A stretch of 64,000 nt of DNA from Eledone cirrhosa (lineage: Eukaryota): the NCBI GenBank assembly GCA_964016885.1, contig OZ024743.1, positions 20,956,001 to 21,020,000 of the forward strand. Reading direction: 5' to 3'. A program made the translations under genes and the position numbers. Under the pieces are notes generated by a model. The model worked only from the letters and a program-made list of their open reading frames with translations, had not been told where the DNA came from and searched no databases. The stretch's first letter is position 1. Each line of letters begins with the position of its first letter. Below are positions 12,254 to 27,710 of the stretch, in pieces.

Positions 12254-12499
12254 TGTATGTCATTTATTTCCTACTGTCAGAATTTTCATGGTTGGTTGCT
12301 ATCAGATTTCCACTACAGTGAAACCTCTCAGTGACTGGGCTGCAGACAGTACAAAAAAATCTTGACACTAGATAATAAATTATATATATAAAGTAAAGTT
12401 AGTTTTTCTGTTTTTTGAATGGCTAAAATGACTCTTCCAGCAGTAATTGTAATATTATCTTTTGTTTTTAATTTCCATGTAGATTTGATTTAATAAGAC

Positions 12500-12851
12500 T
12501 TTGTTTGTATGTATGTATGTGTGGAGGGATTGCTGGTCCCGTAACTCCTGATAAAGTTGTAGGGGCGCCATACTGACATACAGCATATCTTGGGCATTTT
12601 AAAGCTGGCAGAACCCATCCCTCTCTAGGCTTGAGTACAGCAGATTTCTCCCAGAGAAAGATAGAAAGTGAGAGAGAAATACAGAGGAAGAATCAACCCC
12701 AGTACTAGACTGGTACTTTTCTTTTATTGACCTCGAAAGGATGAAAGGCAAAGTTGACCTCAGCAGGATTTGAACTCAGAAAGCAGAGAGCTTGAACAAA
12801 TACCATAAAGCATTCTATTCAACCTTCTAACGACTCTGCCAATTTGCCACC
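12500..12851 (-). mobile_element. SINE family A, long-tail variant
   Basis: Family A head and core plus a different 3' region shared with 27416, 36485 and 38010. Flanked by the direct repeat ttaataaga. Confidence 0.75.
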
Positions 12852-14051
12852 TTAATAAGAATTTAATTCATATCTAATACACTGTATATTGAGTTTAAAA
12901 TTAGTAGAATTAGACGTTATGATTTTAGCTTATTTGACTCAACTTGTTTGTGTACTGTGTGAGGCAGCACTTGCCCTCACCCATGAAACAGCTTTTCTTA
13001 TAGTCTTCATCACATAGAAGAAGATAGAGCACTGACAGAATATCTCCCATAATATAATCATGAAATAATAGTTATCAAAATATGGTTAATACCTTTGTTA
13101 TACCTTTGGAGGGTCAATGCTGCCAATAAAATCACATGCACTGGTTGCCTTTGACTTCAGATTAATTATGAGTCAGTTAACTAATGCATTATTTGGTTAG
13201 TTTAGTAACTGGATGCTTATTTGATTATTGAACCTCTTCTGTCACACATTGTGACCCTCTCAATGACTATTCTTGCTTCTCCATGTCTCTGCTTTGTGTG
13301 TTTCTGTTTGCCAATAAAAACACATGCACCAGTTGAACATTTTGAAGAAAATGAAATCCAGTGTTATGGGTTATCAGAACAAATATACCATAATGATGGG
13401 AGGTGTATTATTGAATACAATAAGATGAAATACAACTGATCTAGTTCTATACATTACAAACTAATAGAATTGTATCATTAGTTTCTCTTGAGAGAGCAAA
13501 TTTTGTAGTTTAGTAAATGTTTCAGAAGAATGGCTGAGTTGTTTTCTAGTACAGCTCCCTTGTTCTTTAAAATCTATAGTATTTGGTTGCCATTGTAGTT
13601 GTTTAGTTTCAGGTCAACCATGATTGACCAAACCTATAATAATAGGTATTCAAGATATTGCAATCCTATATATTTTCAAGCATTGTGTACTAGGACTATA
13701 TTGTTTAATATAATTTCTTTTTAAGATGGTAGGGTGTGAATTTGAGGGAGATGTACTTCTATTTCTGCTAGGTTGAATGTTTATATTGAAAATGTTTATA
13801 TGTAAAATAGTAGGATGGGCAAGTTAGTGAATGGAATTTTTTATATATAAAGAAAGGGACTAGCAAGATGAAGGAGGGGGAGTACAAACAAGAGCACGAA
13901 GTTTGAAGTTTCTGAAAGTCAAGAGAAATGTGCCCATTCAAGTGTCTTCACATGTAATGTTGTACTCATGGAATTGTTAAATTAAATATTCTTTTTTACT
14001 ATACATTCCATCATTTATCAGAGGTACTATACACAAACACACTGATATATA

Positions 14052-14259
14052 CAAGGTGAGCATAAAGTCTTTCCCTTTTTATTTCATAGATGTCATTTTG
14101 TTACTGAAAATTACAACTTTCTGTAGAAGAGAAAATGTAAAACATGTTTAGAAAAACTTTAACCCTGAAATTTATAAATTAAAACAATGAATAAGTAAAA
14201 TCTCAAATAGTATCCGAGATATGGTATTTTATAACCAGGGAAAAACTTCATGCTCACCC
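14052..14259. mobile_element. Tc1/mariner-type MITE (decayed)
   Basis: CAAGGTGAGCATAAAGTCTTTCCC ... GGGAAAAACTTCATGCTCACC imperfect TIRs. Confidence 0.6.
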
Positions 14260-14734
14260 AAGATTTTATGTTCATCTTGTATATGTTGTATATTTTAATT
14301 TAAGCAAATAGAGTGTAATTGATGAGGATTTTATTGCTATATCCGATATGGCAGCTGTCTTGTTGAACACCCAGAACAGCAGATGCCACCCTACACCTAA
14401 TTCCTCTCTCTCTCTCTCACACACATACATTCACTTTCTATTCCATTCCTTTAGTGAGGTACATGGTATGAGGTATGAGTTACTTAGGAAAGGTAGGATA
14501 AGAATGGGAAGAATGGCTGGAAGAATTTGGGTAATATTTATTGATATATTTATATAAGCTCCATAATAAAAAAACAAAACTTTTATCAATTGTTGTTTTT
14601 TTTGTTTGTTTGTTTTTTTGTATTTTTTAACACTCACTGATACATTGATTGCAGTTCTGTTTTTTTGTTTTTTTTCTGTGTTGAAATTACAGAAATGATT
14701 ATTCTTTCTGTATAATTTCCTTTTGTATTTTAAG

Positions 14735-14876
14735 AAAAAGTCACTGAATGCCATATAGAGAAGTTTCGAGCTTTTTTGAATGTCAACTGCGAAATGGCTG
14801 TAATTCTTGCAAATGTCATGGCATTTGGCTTTTTTTCTATCATCATATCTGTTGTTCTTATAATTATAAGACAAAG
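14735..14876 (+). CDS. VKR: VKR transmembrane exon: EKVTECHIEKFRAFLNVNCEMAVILANVMAFGFFSIIISVVLIIIRQ
   Basis: TTTTAAG acceptor and AG|GTAAGC donor. Phases 1 and 2 fit the neighbouring exons. A single hydrophobic helix follows a Cys pair and precedes basic residues. Confidence 0.85.
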
Positions 14877-16367
14877 GTAAGCTATTTTTATGTTCTAAAC
14901 CATTAAATTGTGTGTGTAAAACTTTAGATATGTAATTGAATTATCCTGAAGAGTAATAACTATTGATAATTAATTGTATCTGTATCATATTTTCCCCGAC
15001 AAACTCCCCATTAATGACTGACTGAGAAGAAATAATCAATGGGGTTGTTTTTCTTTCCTGTTCATACAAACATTTTGAAATCTGCTAACCTGAAATATTT
15101 GTTGTATTCTAATACTTGTTAAGCAGTAACAATCATTGTCTTCTCAAAACTTAGTATGATGATAGGACAGTTTGATTGTGAACCCTTGGCATGATAGTCA
15201 CTATTTTTAGTATGATGTTTCATAATTTTGTAATGAATTCATAACTTATACCAAGGTTAGAAAAGAAGGAATGGGGAAATGAAATTTTCTTCTGAAAGAG
15301 AATTTAAGTTGGAACTAGATTCAACATAAACGTTTATCAGTTATAAACCTGTTTTGAAATGTAATCATAGCTTTTGAATTCATTAAAAGGAAGCTAGGTA
15401 TAGAGAGATGTAAAGTTCACAGGTTGAGAACTATGATCTAGATTGATGTATGTTCCTTAGATGTCATGGTTCTATTTTGTTGCAAAGTTTTGTTTTATTT
15501 TTATAGTTTGTGTTAGGCTGTAGGGATTGTGTGTGCTTTGCGTTCTGAATAAATTTAGAAAACTAAAGAAATGCTAATGGAAAAGGAGAGTATTGAAAGT
15601 TGCTGCTGGGAAATAGAAGGAAGTTTAAGTTTTATAGATTCAGGTACATGTGGGAAACTATAAATGAAAGACATGCATAAGAAATCAGATTGTCGATGCT
15701 TCTAGAATAGAAAAATAAGATTTTAAACCAAATTTTTCAGAGCTAACTTTTAGTTTATTTTATTAAATGTATATTCATTTATTAGGTTAAGAAATTAATT
15801 AAAATCTTTTTCATGAAAATCGGTAGAAATATATATTATTTTCCATGCTTATTAATAAAGATAAAATGACTTAGACATGTGATGGGCATAGACAATGAGA
15901 TGTGAATGAATAACTATGGTGTGGTGGTATTGTATGAGGAAAAAATACAAAGTAAAGTTGGAAATTGTTAAAGGTAATCTAAACGAGGTGGTTAAGTAAT
16001 AGAAATGATGTGATAAAAGAAGGTAGAAAAAACTCATCTAGCCTATAGATAAATAAATAAAAGGAATTTAATTATGGCATCAATGGGAAGTGTTTTTTTA
16101 TGTTGATGTTATTAATGGTAGTTTTGTTGTTGTTAGAGATATAAATTGTGGCTGATGTAACAAAATACTCTACTTTACAGAATTTTAGGAAACACGAGTA
16201 GAAAAATTTAATTTGTTTTAATGTTTAAATGAAATTCTTGTGTTAGTTCTCATATCTTTTAGGAAAAACCGATAGAATTTGATATCCTAAGCAAACATCA
16301 AAAATAGACGTTAAACAGTGATGACAAGTTATTTATTTATTTATGGTTTTAGTTTTCATTTTTCCAG

Positions 16368-16611
16368 ATATTGCAGACGTAACAGAGGTTCGAACCAGAA
16401 AATGGAAGAACTCGGGTTATTATCTACTCGGTTCTCCCGGTGCCTATCTCTTGATGGCTGGGAATTACCACGAGATAATGTGGTATTGAACAGAAAACTA
16501 GGAGCAGGAGCATTTGGTACTGTATTTGGAGGAGAAGCTTTCCTCGATGATCAAGGTTGGCAGCCTGTGGCGGTAAAAACTCTGAAAGTCGGGTCGACCA
16601 TTGAACAGAAG
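16368..16611 (+). CDS. VKR: VKR kinase exon, subdomains I-II (WELPRDNV, LGAGAFGTV, VAVKTL)
   Basis: TTTCCAG acceptor, AAG|GTAAGT donor; glycine loop and catalytic Lys present. Confidence 0.95.
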
Positions 16612-18525
16612 GTAAGTCACATATTATCAGAGAAATAGTTAATCCTGTTTCATATAATAGGTTACTATCTTTAAATAAGTTAGTGTTTTATTGAAATTAT
16701 CAGCGCTTTAATTAATTTGACGTCCCAATGATGTCTTTTTGTTTGTTTTCTACTGTAAACAATAACATTTGACTGAATATCCTGTAATAATGTTCTGAAA
16801 ATCTTTATTCATATAAGGTGTGTAAACCAGGTGGACTGTGTTTGTTTTTTATTGCATTTGAATAATGTATGTAAGTAGATGATTGAAAACATGTTATCAT
16901 TGACATTAGGAGCCTATATTTTTTAGGGATAAAGAGGAGATTAATAGTATACAAATTTATGGTTACACTGTTAATCCATGTCCTGAGGGTGTGATCTATA
17001 AAAGGAATAAGTATTGATACAGAAGTATCACTTTTATATTTGAAGCCTGTGGCGGGTTTCCTAGAAGAGGAATTATATCACAAACTAGAAATGAACTTTG
17101 ACCCAAACTTTAAAAAATATAGTAGAAATAGTTTCTTAGTGACTGCTTTATTTTTGGAAGAAATCAACAGGCAAACTACGAACTTTTCCCATTGCTCTCT
17201 ACCCATCCATTACATTCCCAACTGAAACCAGTGAGAAAGAACTATAATTTTTAGAAATCCTCATAACTTTATGTAACAGCAGGATAAAATCTGTTATATT
17301 TTACGAAAGGACAGACACACACCAATATTTGAACTTTTGTTCATGCCACCCCTCACATGCCAAATGGATGAAGTACCTCTCCAGACAGAAAAAGATGTAT
17401 GTATATTGGTGGGAGACAATAGAATCAGTAAAACATCTAACAAAAATATCTTTTGGTATTTGGTTACATGTCTTTTTATTCTGGTTATATTTCCTTACAT
17501 CAAGGTCAACTTTGCCTTTCTTCCTTCCGACATTGACTTATTAAGCACCAAACAATAAACTAAGGTCGATAGAATGAACTAAAATCACTTGAAGGTGTTG
17601 CTCTAGCATAGTTGGAATCCAATGACTGAAACCAATAAAAAGGAAAAATAGAGAGTAGCTTACAATCAATATGTTTCCAAAAGGAGTCTTTTCATCGTTG
17701 TTGGATATGCATAACTTGCCAAGTGGTAATAAACTCATGCAATGGCTTCTACTTAAAAGGCATTCATACATAATAACAATTTATCGATATTCCTTTTTTA
17801 CATTCCTCTTATATGAAGGAATTATTATTACATTTTTATCTCTAGCAAGTAAGAAACTGTTTATTGAAGTTGAATATCATAAGTATGGAAGTTCAAGGTT
17901 TGCTATCAAAGACCCTTTTCAGTGTATACAGATAAAATATTGTTCTACTCCACAACTACTCTACAAGCTGTCATCAATCAACATAGTTACAAGCATGGTC
18001 ATGTGGATGAGAACTTTGCTTCACAATGACATGGTTTTAAGTACAATCCTACTGCCAGGCTCTTTGAGAACATATTTTCTACTATAACTTTGGGTGGTCT
18101 CAACTTTTGTGAGGGAAACTAACTTTAACAGAAGCTGTTTCAAAGTCCATCATGGGAATGTATCTGCTACTATAACCTTGAATTCACTCAACATGTTCAT
18201 CCAGGGTAAACTTAACCCATTGGCCAGGCTAACCTCACCACCGAGTATTTGTGTACTTTTACGGGAGTTTATTTTTTATTTTTCTATTTTTTGGCAAGAT
18301 CTGTTTCTTCATTTTTTTTCTAAGCTTCTGTAAAAATGTTGTGAGTACTGCCCTTCATCCTCTGACATTCGAGAATGAAAATACTAGCATTAAAAATATA
18401 ACTTTTATCAACTGCACTACAAAGAACTATAGGTTTTTCCCAAGAAAATGATATTATATTTGCTATTTGAATTGTAAATGTTGTATTAAGTATTTCTGAA
18501 ATAAGTATGGCTTTTATTAAATATA

Positions 18526-18690
18526 CCCTATTTCCCGGCATTGAAGACACTTCGTCCTCGAGGACGCACCCTAATTTTGACAACCAAAAATTTGGAAAAA
18601 AATAAGCAACCTTTGGCCTCCAGGACACTTGGTAGATTTTTGAGACATATTTTAGAAAAAAGGTAGTGTCTTCGAGGCCAGGAAATACGG
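18526..18690. mobile_element. pogo/Tigger-type MITE
   Basis: TA|CCCTATTTCCCGGCATTGAAGACAC ... GTGTCTTCGAGGCCAGGAAATACGG|TA; internal subrepeats of the TIR motif. Confidence 0.75.
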
Positions 18691-21600
18691 TAGTTAATTT
18701 GAAACTTACCATAATTGAATGTTTATCTTAAATTAGAGGCCTCAAATTTAATTGAACTATTACAAATCCTACTATTTTTCTGTGTTTTTGTTTACACTTT
18801 TAGATGGCATCTGATATTAACATTTCACCTGTAATTTGACTTGGGTGCCTTAATTTTAAAATATTAATGTCTCTCCTATATTCTGTAAATGTTAAAGATC
18901 AAATATCTCTGTATGGTTGTGAAAGAAAAAGGTGAGAGGGAGTAAAAGGCAAAACCCATAGCAGTCAGTCGGTGACTGCTTGTTTTAATTGCAAATCAGA
19001 TTTCCTAACCTCATACCATTTTGTACTTTTAAACAATGAATCATTTTGGTATTGAAGAAGTGAAAAAACACCACTTCTGCTTCGACCAGTACAAATAAAA
19101 TCATAACTTTGTCCATTACGTTTATTAAAATTCCTTTGTGTTGTCAAAAGTAATTACCCTGATAACCAAAAAAACATTGCATAATTATATAAAAAGTTCA
19201 ATTACTTTTTTTTTTTTCAATTTATTTTATTGACGACATTTTGCCAAATAGATCTAGTTATGTTCTTCCATGCATATGACTGATGCATTATTATGATAAT
19301 TCTAATGGCTGCAGCCACAGTGGCGACAGTATGTACTAATTTATTAGCTATTTTTGTTCATTGCAACAGTAAATAAGTTGGAGATTTCAAAGAGAAAATG
19401 TCTAGAATAAAACTGAGATTATTGATACTTAAATTAAATGGTTGTAAGTCTTTAGTTTCATGATATATGAGATCATTTAGCAAAACTAGAAAACAAACTG
19501 GTCCCAAAAGCATTAACCAAACTTTAAAGAACATATATTCTGTATAAGTGTATTTTCTCAGATTAGCCAAAGAAGTTTGGGAAAAGGAAATTTCCTCTCA
19601 GTTATTGACTTTCGTGTTAGCAAGAGAACATTTATGAACAGAAATCATTCACCAATATAAATATATATTGTATATGATATTATGTACAATATAAATTTAC
19701 AGATGATAATTATTATTTGTAGTAGTCTGAGAATGAGAGTAATGCATATATCTTGAGTATTTCTTTCTCAAGTGGAAGGAATTAAACTAAGCACAATGTC
19801 TGTGCAATCAATATTCAAAGTAGATTGTTGCTGTATAAAGGAAATTATAGGCATTAAGGGACTCTGAAAGGTTGTAGTTTTAATGACAAAGGATTAAAAT
19901 GCTTAGGAAGAGCTCAGGAATATGAGAGAATGGGTGTAATGAGAGGACTAGAAGTGAATAATACATCAAATTCATTTAGATGACATGACATAAGGGTTAT
20001 AATGCTAATATGAATGAAGACTGACTGTTGTAGTAGTGGAAGAAAATCTCAAGAATTATAAGTGCTTAAAAGTGAATAGGGTTTTAGAGCAGCTTAGTTA
20101 TCATGAATATTATGCTATTAATGTGATGGGTTTTCCATTATAGATGTGTAAGCAATATTCAAATGTATTTATGCTTTTAAATCGTTACCAGTTTGCAGAG
20201 GATTTAGTACAGAAAGGAAATAAATATGGAGAATATGTTATCTTCACATAAAAGTTACGTATTTCCATAGAGTATAGTATTTGAAAAGATGTATGATTTT
20301 GTTTCTGTGAAATATGAAATATCTAAGTTTGACTATTGAATTAAATAGTGTTCCATAGGTATTAACAAATCTACAAATCTAATCTATTGACTGACATTTT
20401 ACTCTTTTGTTCAGGTTATAAATATTTTCATATCTTATTAAACTTACAAACCATTATTCATAAAGCAAAGGTGCAGAGTTTGTATTCTTTATACCACTGT
20501 CAATAACACCATGAGTGTTTTAATACTTATTTCTCCAGGTTGACATGAATTAAACAAACTGATCTTAACACTCCTTCTTAAATCTTTCATAGTTTTCCAC
20601 TACTAGAGTTATTATTAACTGACATCACTCAGCACATTTTTACCTAACATATTTTCTCCAATTTTAACACTGGTCATACATTAAGCAATGTCTTTATTGT
20701 TCAGTATCTCCTAAACCAAGCTCAACCAATGCCTTTAATGTTAAGCTGAATGTTTCTCCACTATTCATACAGACTAACATTAACTCTCTCTCTGCAACTC
20801 CCATAGATCTCCCACATTCAATAACTTACATCATTATACTTCTTATATAAGCTTTATTCAGTCTAAATTTTGTTTAAACTTCTTACTTTGTACTGTCTAT
20901 TGCCAATAGAAACAACTGCCTGATGAATCTCTTCAACTCCTTGCTCCAGCAAATCTGTTTTCTCTACACTTATTGTACAGCAGCTAAGCTATTGAGCTGT
21001 TTGATTCAATCAAGTATTACAATTTATAGAAATTACTCATGTGCCTCCATCACACACACACACATATATATATATCCATCCAATAAAAGCACCCACTACA
21101 GTATCTGTAAAGGAGTTAGTGATAGGAAAAGCATCTCATAGAGGCATAATGATTTGGATTTCAAACTCCATTGTCCTCTTCTGAATACAACTTTTTGATC
21201 TCCATTTATAGCTACTATTTTTTTAGGCATCACCTTATTTCTCCTTTATAGGGTTCTTACAATAGTGCATAGAGTAATATATAAATAATTTAATCTTTTA
21301 TTTTTACATTTTGATACTAGCTTGTGGAGCTTCTGTTGAAGATATAACTTAACAGTAAGAATTATATTGCTTCATGTTTTGGAGGCCATCATTGTTGAGT
21401 TCTTGTCTGAATGAATTAAGCTTTTGTGAAAAGAGTGCTGAGGATATATAGATTGATGTCCTTAATATAGCAATGTTTGAGGTTATTGACCATGTTAATG
21501 TAAAGAAGACGACTTGATAGTGTGCACATTTACAAGGAAATCCATTAACACATATTGAAATGGTATGATCTGTTAGAATTCTTATCAGTTAAAGTGCTTA

Positions 21601-22679
21601 CATTTTTACTGGTTACCTTAGATAGTATGTTTAATAGAAGACTGTTCATGACAGACTTGTTCTACAACAAGATATTTACATGAATCAATAAAGACATTTC
21701 CCAGTTGAATAAGCTGCAACAACTAAAATGTAAACTGATATTATTTTTAGTTTTCTTTTTTGTTTGTTGTATTTTTATTAGGAAATGTTATAAGTTATGT
21801 ATATTGTATTTTTCAAGTCTCAATGCTGGATCTGAAATCATAATCTTTTAGTTATATGGTGATACAAAATTTAGTCAGCCCTTCAACCACCACACCTTTG
21901 TATAATCAGTAAGAAAATATATATCAAAACAAGTAATTTAATTCTAGACAAAGTAACATAAATGCAGTTTCTGTTGTTGTAAAGTATCTTCTAATTGCAT
22001 TCCTATGTATATAGGTTATCCTAATTTGAATTAATCTAAATTATTTTTTTTTTTGTTATACTCAATCTTGATTTTTGCATAAACATCTCCAGTCAATGTA
22101 TGCTACTACTAATATCACTGCACATCCACACATTCAACTACACGTTGCCACATAATACTACACATTAGTTCTGCTAGTTTATTTTGATTAATTTTATAAT
22201 GCCATTCTTCTATTGCAAAAACTGATTTGCAAAACATTAAAATAATTATTCAAGTGAATAAACTCTTGCAGATTGAATCCCTGTATAGCTTGAGATTAGC
22301 ATTAAGAATCATGTCCATTATATTCTTTTATTTTTGTTCAGCATATATCAGTGAATGTTTATCAGAATTTTTTTAACATTGCCTAACTAATGCCGGTATG
22401 GAATTCTGAATACAAAATTAAAAAATCCTAAATTGATTGTTTTATTTTTCTTAGGACATAATTTAAAATGACATTAAGCAAACTGTCATCTACAAATGGC
22501 TTCATTGTTGTCAACCCTTCAATCAAATTTTTATATTTTATTGAATTCCTTACTCATACTCTTCTGCATCTAAAGATTGATTTTTAGCCTCATATTCATA
22601 CATTCATTTACTTTATTGGAAACCATATATTGATTAATTCTGTTAAACAGTTATGCAAAATTTATTTTTGTTTCCAAAG

Positions 22680-22800
22680 CTTGATTTCTTGAGTGAAGCT
22701 GAAATGATGAAAAGATTCAACCATCCTAATATTGTCCAGCTACTTGGAGTGTGTACCCAGGGGGAGCCTATCTATACAATAATGGAATTTATGCTACATG
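22680..22800 (+). CDS. VKR: VKR kinase exon, subdomains III-V ([40 protein letters not shown])
   Basis: AAG acceptor, G|GTGAGT donor, phases 0 and 1. Confidence 0.95.
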
Positions 22801-25661
22801 GTGAGTGATTAGTAACATTTTGTGTCAGATTTTCACTGACTACATTTCAATATTAAATATTCACAATCCATTTTAATTTCTTGAAATTTCTTTTTATTAT
22901 TCTTGAAATTTCTTTTATTCAGCAAATAGTCGCTCTAAGTCGCTCAAACTAAGCTGATTACATCAAGAATTTAGCAGACTGTTTGTGCTATTTATGTAAA
23001 TGTTATGCTCTTTAAATATCCAGAGAATGAGTCTGATGTTAAAATATTATCCATCAGTGTCTATATGTATTAAGTCAGTGAATTGAATATCTAATTATAG
23101 TTTGTATTTTATTGTTTCCACTTCTTTCATCAAATAGTATTTTTACTGTTGTTTATTTCTCTCTGGCATTCAGTAGATCATCTAAGAAACATTGTTTTAT
23201 TGTTAGCATATTAGTTTTTAATATTTTAATGATAATTTAGTGAGGAAAAAATAAAAATATGATTTGACTGCATGACAAAACATCTAGTGAATAGATTCAA
23301 TAATTTTCAACCACCAAAAGAAAAAAAGAAAATGCCAGAAATTAATTGTGTGTATCTCTCAACAAATGTTTAGAAGCAAAAGTCTGTAAGAAGTAGAAAT
23401 CATTTCAACTATTTTTGCCAAACCTTTTTTTCTCTATAAAAAAATCCGTCATATCACAACAAAAGATTCATTTGAAACTAAAAACAGTACAATTTTTTAT
23501 TCAAATTTACGAGATTATAAACTATGAAATATATGCTCCATTTAATGTTTATATTTCATATCAGTCCATATGAAGAGCCAAGCAAATTAATTTTAGTTTC
23601 TTTGACCTTATATGAGGTACCTATATTAGATAAGTTCTTTGTGAGCTCATTCTTCTAACATGCTTCTAACACATTTGCTAATAGTTTTATACCTGGCAAA
23701 TTGTTCTTTGATGAACTCATTACTTATAAAGTATAGTTGTAGCCATTACATTTTACTTATGGAAAAAGTATGAACATCACATCATCCCATCTTTTTCTTT
23801 AAAACTGAAGACTTGTGCCTACAAAAACAGATATCAAGAGGCATTCATCAGAGAGACAAACTAACAATTGTTAAAATCAATCTGAAATCCTATTCATTTT
23901 AAGCTGTTATCCTTCTTTAAATCTTCTTCCACTAATACAATGGGTTTTGTAACTCTATGTTATGTCACGTAAATCAATTTGATCAGTTTTCTTCCCTATC
24001 TACTCTCTCATTTTCCAGAAATATTACTGAGTAATTTGTGTAAACCTTTTGATACTAAACTGTGTAAACTTTGTGTAAACCTTTTGAAACAAAACTGTTT
24101 ATTTTAAAGTGTTTGTATTAATCTAAAAACCTTCCATCCTAATTTTATGTAAGAATCTTTGTTATATCATACTCAAAACACCAAACTAATAATGGAAACA
24201 TTAGTTATATTACTAAATACATACAAATTCTTGATTATTTTCAAAATCATAGAATGTGTTTTTCATTAGAAATATGGTAATAAAAAGGTTAATCAATTGT
24301 CATTTCTCTTAAACCTACAACCTTTCAGAGTTCCCCTTTTGCTACAAACCTGTAATAATTTATACTTAATATTAATTGTACAAACATCTGTTTATTTTAA
24401 TCCTCTCAGTTGATGAGATTAATAGGATATAGGTGTTGCTTCCATTATCAGATTAATTGGATAGAAGAGTTAATCTATTTTAATACCACCACTTGGTGCT
24501 TTGATATCTTTTGTTGAGTCCTCTCTGTTGTAAGTATTTCGACTAGGTTTTCAATCTAAGAATAACTTCCTCTCTAGTTCCCCCTCCCCTCTACCAAAGA
24601 AAAGCCATAAGTATTACACTTCCTCGTCTTTTTCAGTTATAGCAAATAAAAATTAATAATAATAAAAAAAATAATAATCATCAATTGTGAACTTAAATTC
24701 ACAAATGATTTCTATAAAAATTGTTATCAGTAGAGTCAAGAACTATATGAAACTTTCCTTCTCCTAAAATGATTTTGCACATCAATGATAATCATCATCT
24801 TCCTATGACTGTCACAGCCAGTCGTTGAACTAACACTCAAGCAGTGAACAATTGCCACTTATCCCTGTTCTCCAATAAACACAGAAGGGCCACAGTATTC
24901 AGACCTACCCAGTTCTTCATCTTATCAGAATAAGATTTTCTTTGTGTCATCTTTGTTAACTTTTAACTTTGCTGGAGAATGTTTTTTGACAGGGAATCAT
25001 GGTGAGATATATATCTGTACCAGGCAAGCAAGCATTCATTTTTTCACTGGTTACTTGATGTCTGACAAAGGTGTTTTTTGTGTTCTGTGTGCAAGATGCA
25101 TAACAGCCATCTGAGGCACTTGCACTCAAATGCCCAAATTATTCATCTGTGCTGGCTGAAAGTGTCCAGCTTTTGCATCCATTCAGAAAAAGTAAAATTA
25201 CTTGTACAGTTTGAGCTTCATGGTAAAACTATTAACACTGTTTTCCATATAATATTCAACTTCAGCATAACAAATAAGATCAGACTTACTTTTGTTTTCA
25301 TCTCTTTTATAAAGCTGCTATTTTTTACCAAAATGCTAGAGACAAGGTGAATGGCTGCTAGGTTATAATAACAGAATTGTCTGGATTAAATAGAGAAGGA
25401 AATTAAAAATGCATGAGAGTAGATGTGAGGATTTTGGTAATTTATTGAGATGCAGCTTCAAAAAGAGCAAATATGTTTGCCTTCACACAAATTATAGCTT
25501 ACTTTAAGCTCAGATGACAAAATGGTTATGTTGAATATATATATTTTGTATCTCTAAGGAGTGGGTGGATAATTTTAAATATTTTGTTGCCAGTATTTCT
25601 CTTGAAATATAGTCACACCTTATCCACTTTTATACTACAACTTTAAATTGATTGAGAACAA

Positions 25662-25768
25662 GTAATAATTGTTTCTACTTTAGGCACAAGGCCAGCAATT
25701 ACCCAGTGCATTACTGGTACTTTATTTTATCGACCCCGTAAGGATGAAAGGCAAAGTCAACCTCGGCG
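25662..25768 (-). mobile_element. 5'-truncated SINE family A
   Basis: Tail and core only; flanked by the direct repeat gtaataat. Confidence 0.75.
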
Positions 25769-27415
25769 TAATAATGCTTTGTGGTATCTGGGCATATTGT
25801 TTTACATTTTGACTTCAAAACCTACCAATGTCATCTTTGCCTTTCATCTGTCCGAGGTAGATAAAACTACCACTGAAGAACTGGGTTTTATCTAATTGAC
25901 TGTGCCCTCCCATTAAGTGTTATAGGGCAAATATTTTAATGATGGCTATTTTATCTTTTAATGACACTCTGTGTAGCCTTCAACTGTTTAATATTGATAA
26001 AGTTGGTTTTAACTATAACATAATTTTGATTTAGTCAATCTCATCTATATAATAAAATCCTTCATTATATTATAATTTTGTTTCAAAGCACATCTTGTTA
26101 AATGTTCATGATTATTTAAATCTATGAGGAATATAATATTTTGATCATTTGAGAACCTTAACACTTCAAGCATCAATATTGATTTCCTTCTGTAATTGGT
26201 AAGAATGGAATATATGCATATTCTTGATATTAATTTTATTCCATTCTAAGCGAAGCTATTTGGATTCACCCAGTTATATGTGACACCAATGTCAATTCAT
26301 TTAATATTGGTGAAAGTCGATTTAGTTGTAATAAAAAAGAATTCATAAAATGTCATGATGCTTTGTGTACTGAAATCATAAATGATTTCAACAGAAATAT
26401 GATTAGATGTTACACATTTGATGATTTTTTTTAATCGCTGCATCTTTGGAAGACAAACAGGGTTTACAGCAATCTGATGTTTAACAAAATCTAAATGAAT
26501 TGCTACGTTTAATACAGGGATGAAAGAATACAAAATTAATATTTGTAAAAAAAGTTAAATGGAAGGGAATTACATAGCTGTAAATAATCCTGGATCCTTG
26601 AAATGAAGGATTTGATACAGGATTTAGGAAGAGAAACATAGTATGAGAGTTGAAACATTGAAATTCAAATGTATGGAACTGGTTGGTAGAGGATTTTCTG
26701 AATATTGTTGACTGATCAGATAAATAACTAAAATTAGCAGATCTTAAAGGCCATCCTATCTTTTTATGTGCAGTTAATCAGTGAATTCTGGACCACATAA
26801 GTCCTTTTCTATGAAGGTGAAATGAAATTTGAGGGAGATTTGGCAGCTGTATCTAGCAGCCAAGTCACCTTGCGAAAGCTCAAGTTGTTTGGATAAAAAT
26901 TTTAGAAGACATCTATCTCTGCTTATAAAAATATTTCTGTTCATAGTCCCATTAAATAAGCTCCTAAATTACATTGTAAAGGTAGAATTCCTGAATGTTT
27001 CTTGATATCTCAGTTGAGAAAGGCCTAAAATGGTCTCAATTTTCTGATAAAATACTCTGCCAATAGGATTCAATTAATTTTGAAAATAACCAAAAATTAA
27101 AAGGAACTTAATAAAATACCTTTTTCATTAGTAAGCTGATATTTAGAACATTACTTAACAAAAACGTCTTGAATAAAATTGTGATAGAGGGATAAACATT
27201 TTAAAATGACCAGTTTTGTATTACAAATCCAGAGCAGTTTCAGGCAGTTTGATATCAAATTGATATATTTTTAAAATGCTAGTAAATAGTTGAGAGGTCA
27301 CCAGTGTATAAAATCTTTTCTTGTTTCATATTTTGTGTTAGGTATTTGAAAAAGTCAACCAGAATTTAAACTATACTCTCATGTCACTGTATATCAGTGG
27401 AGTATTATCTATATA

Positions 27416-27710
27416 AGGCAACGCATTTGCAGAGTCATTAAGACATCGGATAGAATGCTTACGGAATTCATCCCACCTCATTGCATGCTCTGAGTTCAAA
27501 TCCCGCCATGGTCAACTTTGCCTTTCATCCTTTCAAAGTCAATAAAAAAATTACCAGTCCAGTACTCTGGTCGATTCTTCCTCTATAGAAAAAATCGGCT
27601 ATGTTCAGACTTGGAGAGGGTTGGGCTCTGCCAGGTTTAAAAGTGCTCTAGAAATGCTGGTTGACGGTGCCTCTACAACCCCACAAGGAGTTATGGGATC
27701 TTTATCCTCT
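27416..27710 (+). mobile_element. SINE family A, long-tail variant
   Basis: ctgagttcaaatcccgcc...actttgcctttcatcctt core plus a tail related to 12500. Confidence 0.7.

Noticed and set aside
14431-14874. 147-aa minus-strand ORF
   Set aside because: Antisense shadow of the TM exon and its T-rich acceptor region.
19740-21250. Possible very old LINE remnants (also about 31500-32080)
   Set aside because: Composition is suggestive but I could not read diagnostic motifs with confidence.
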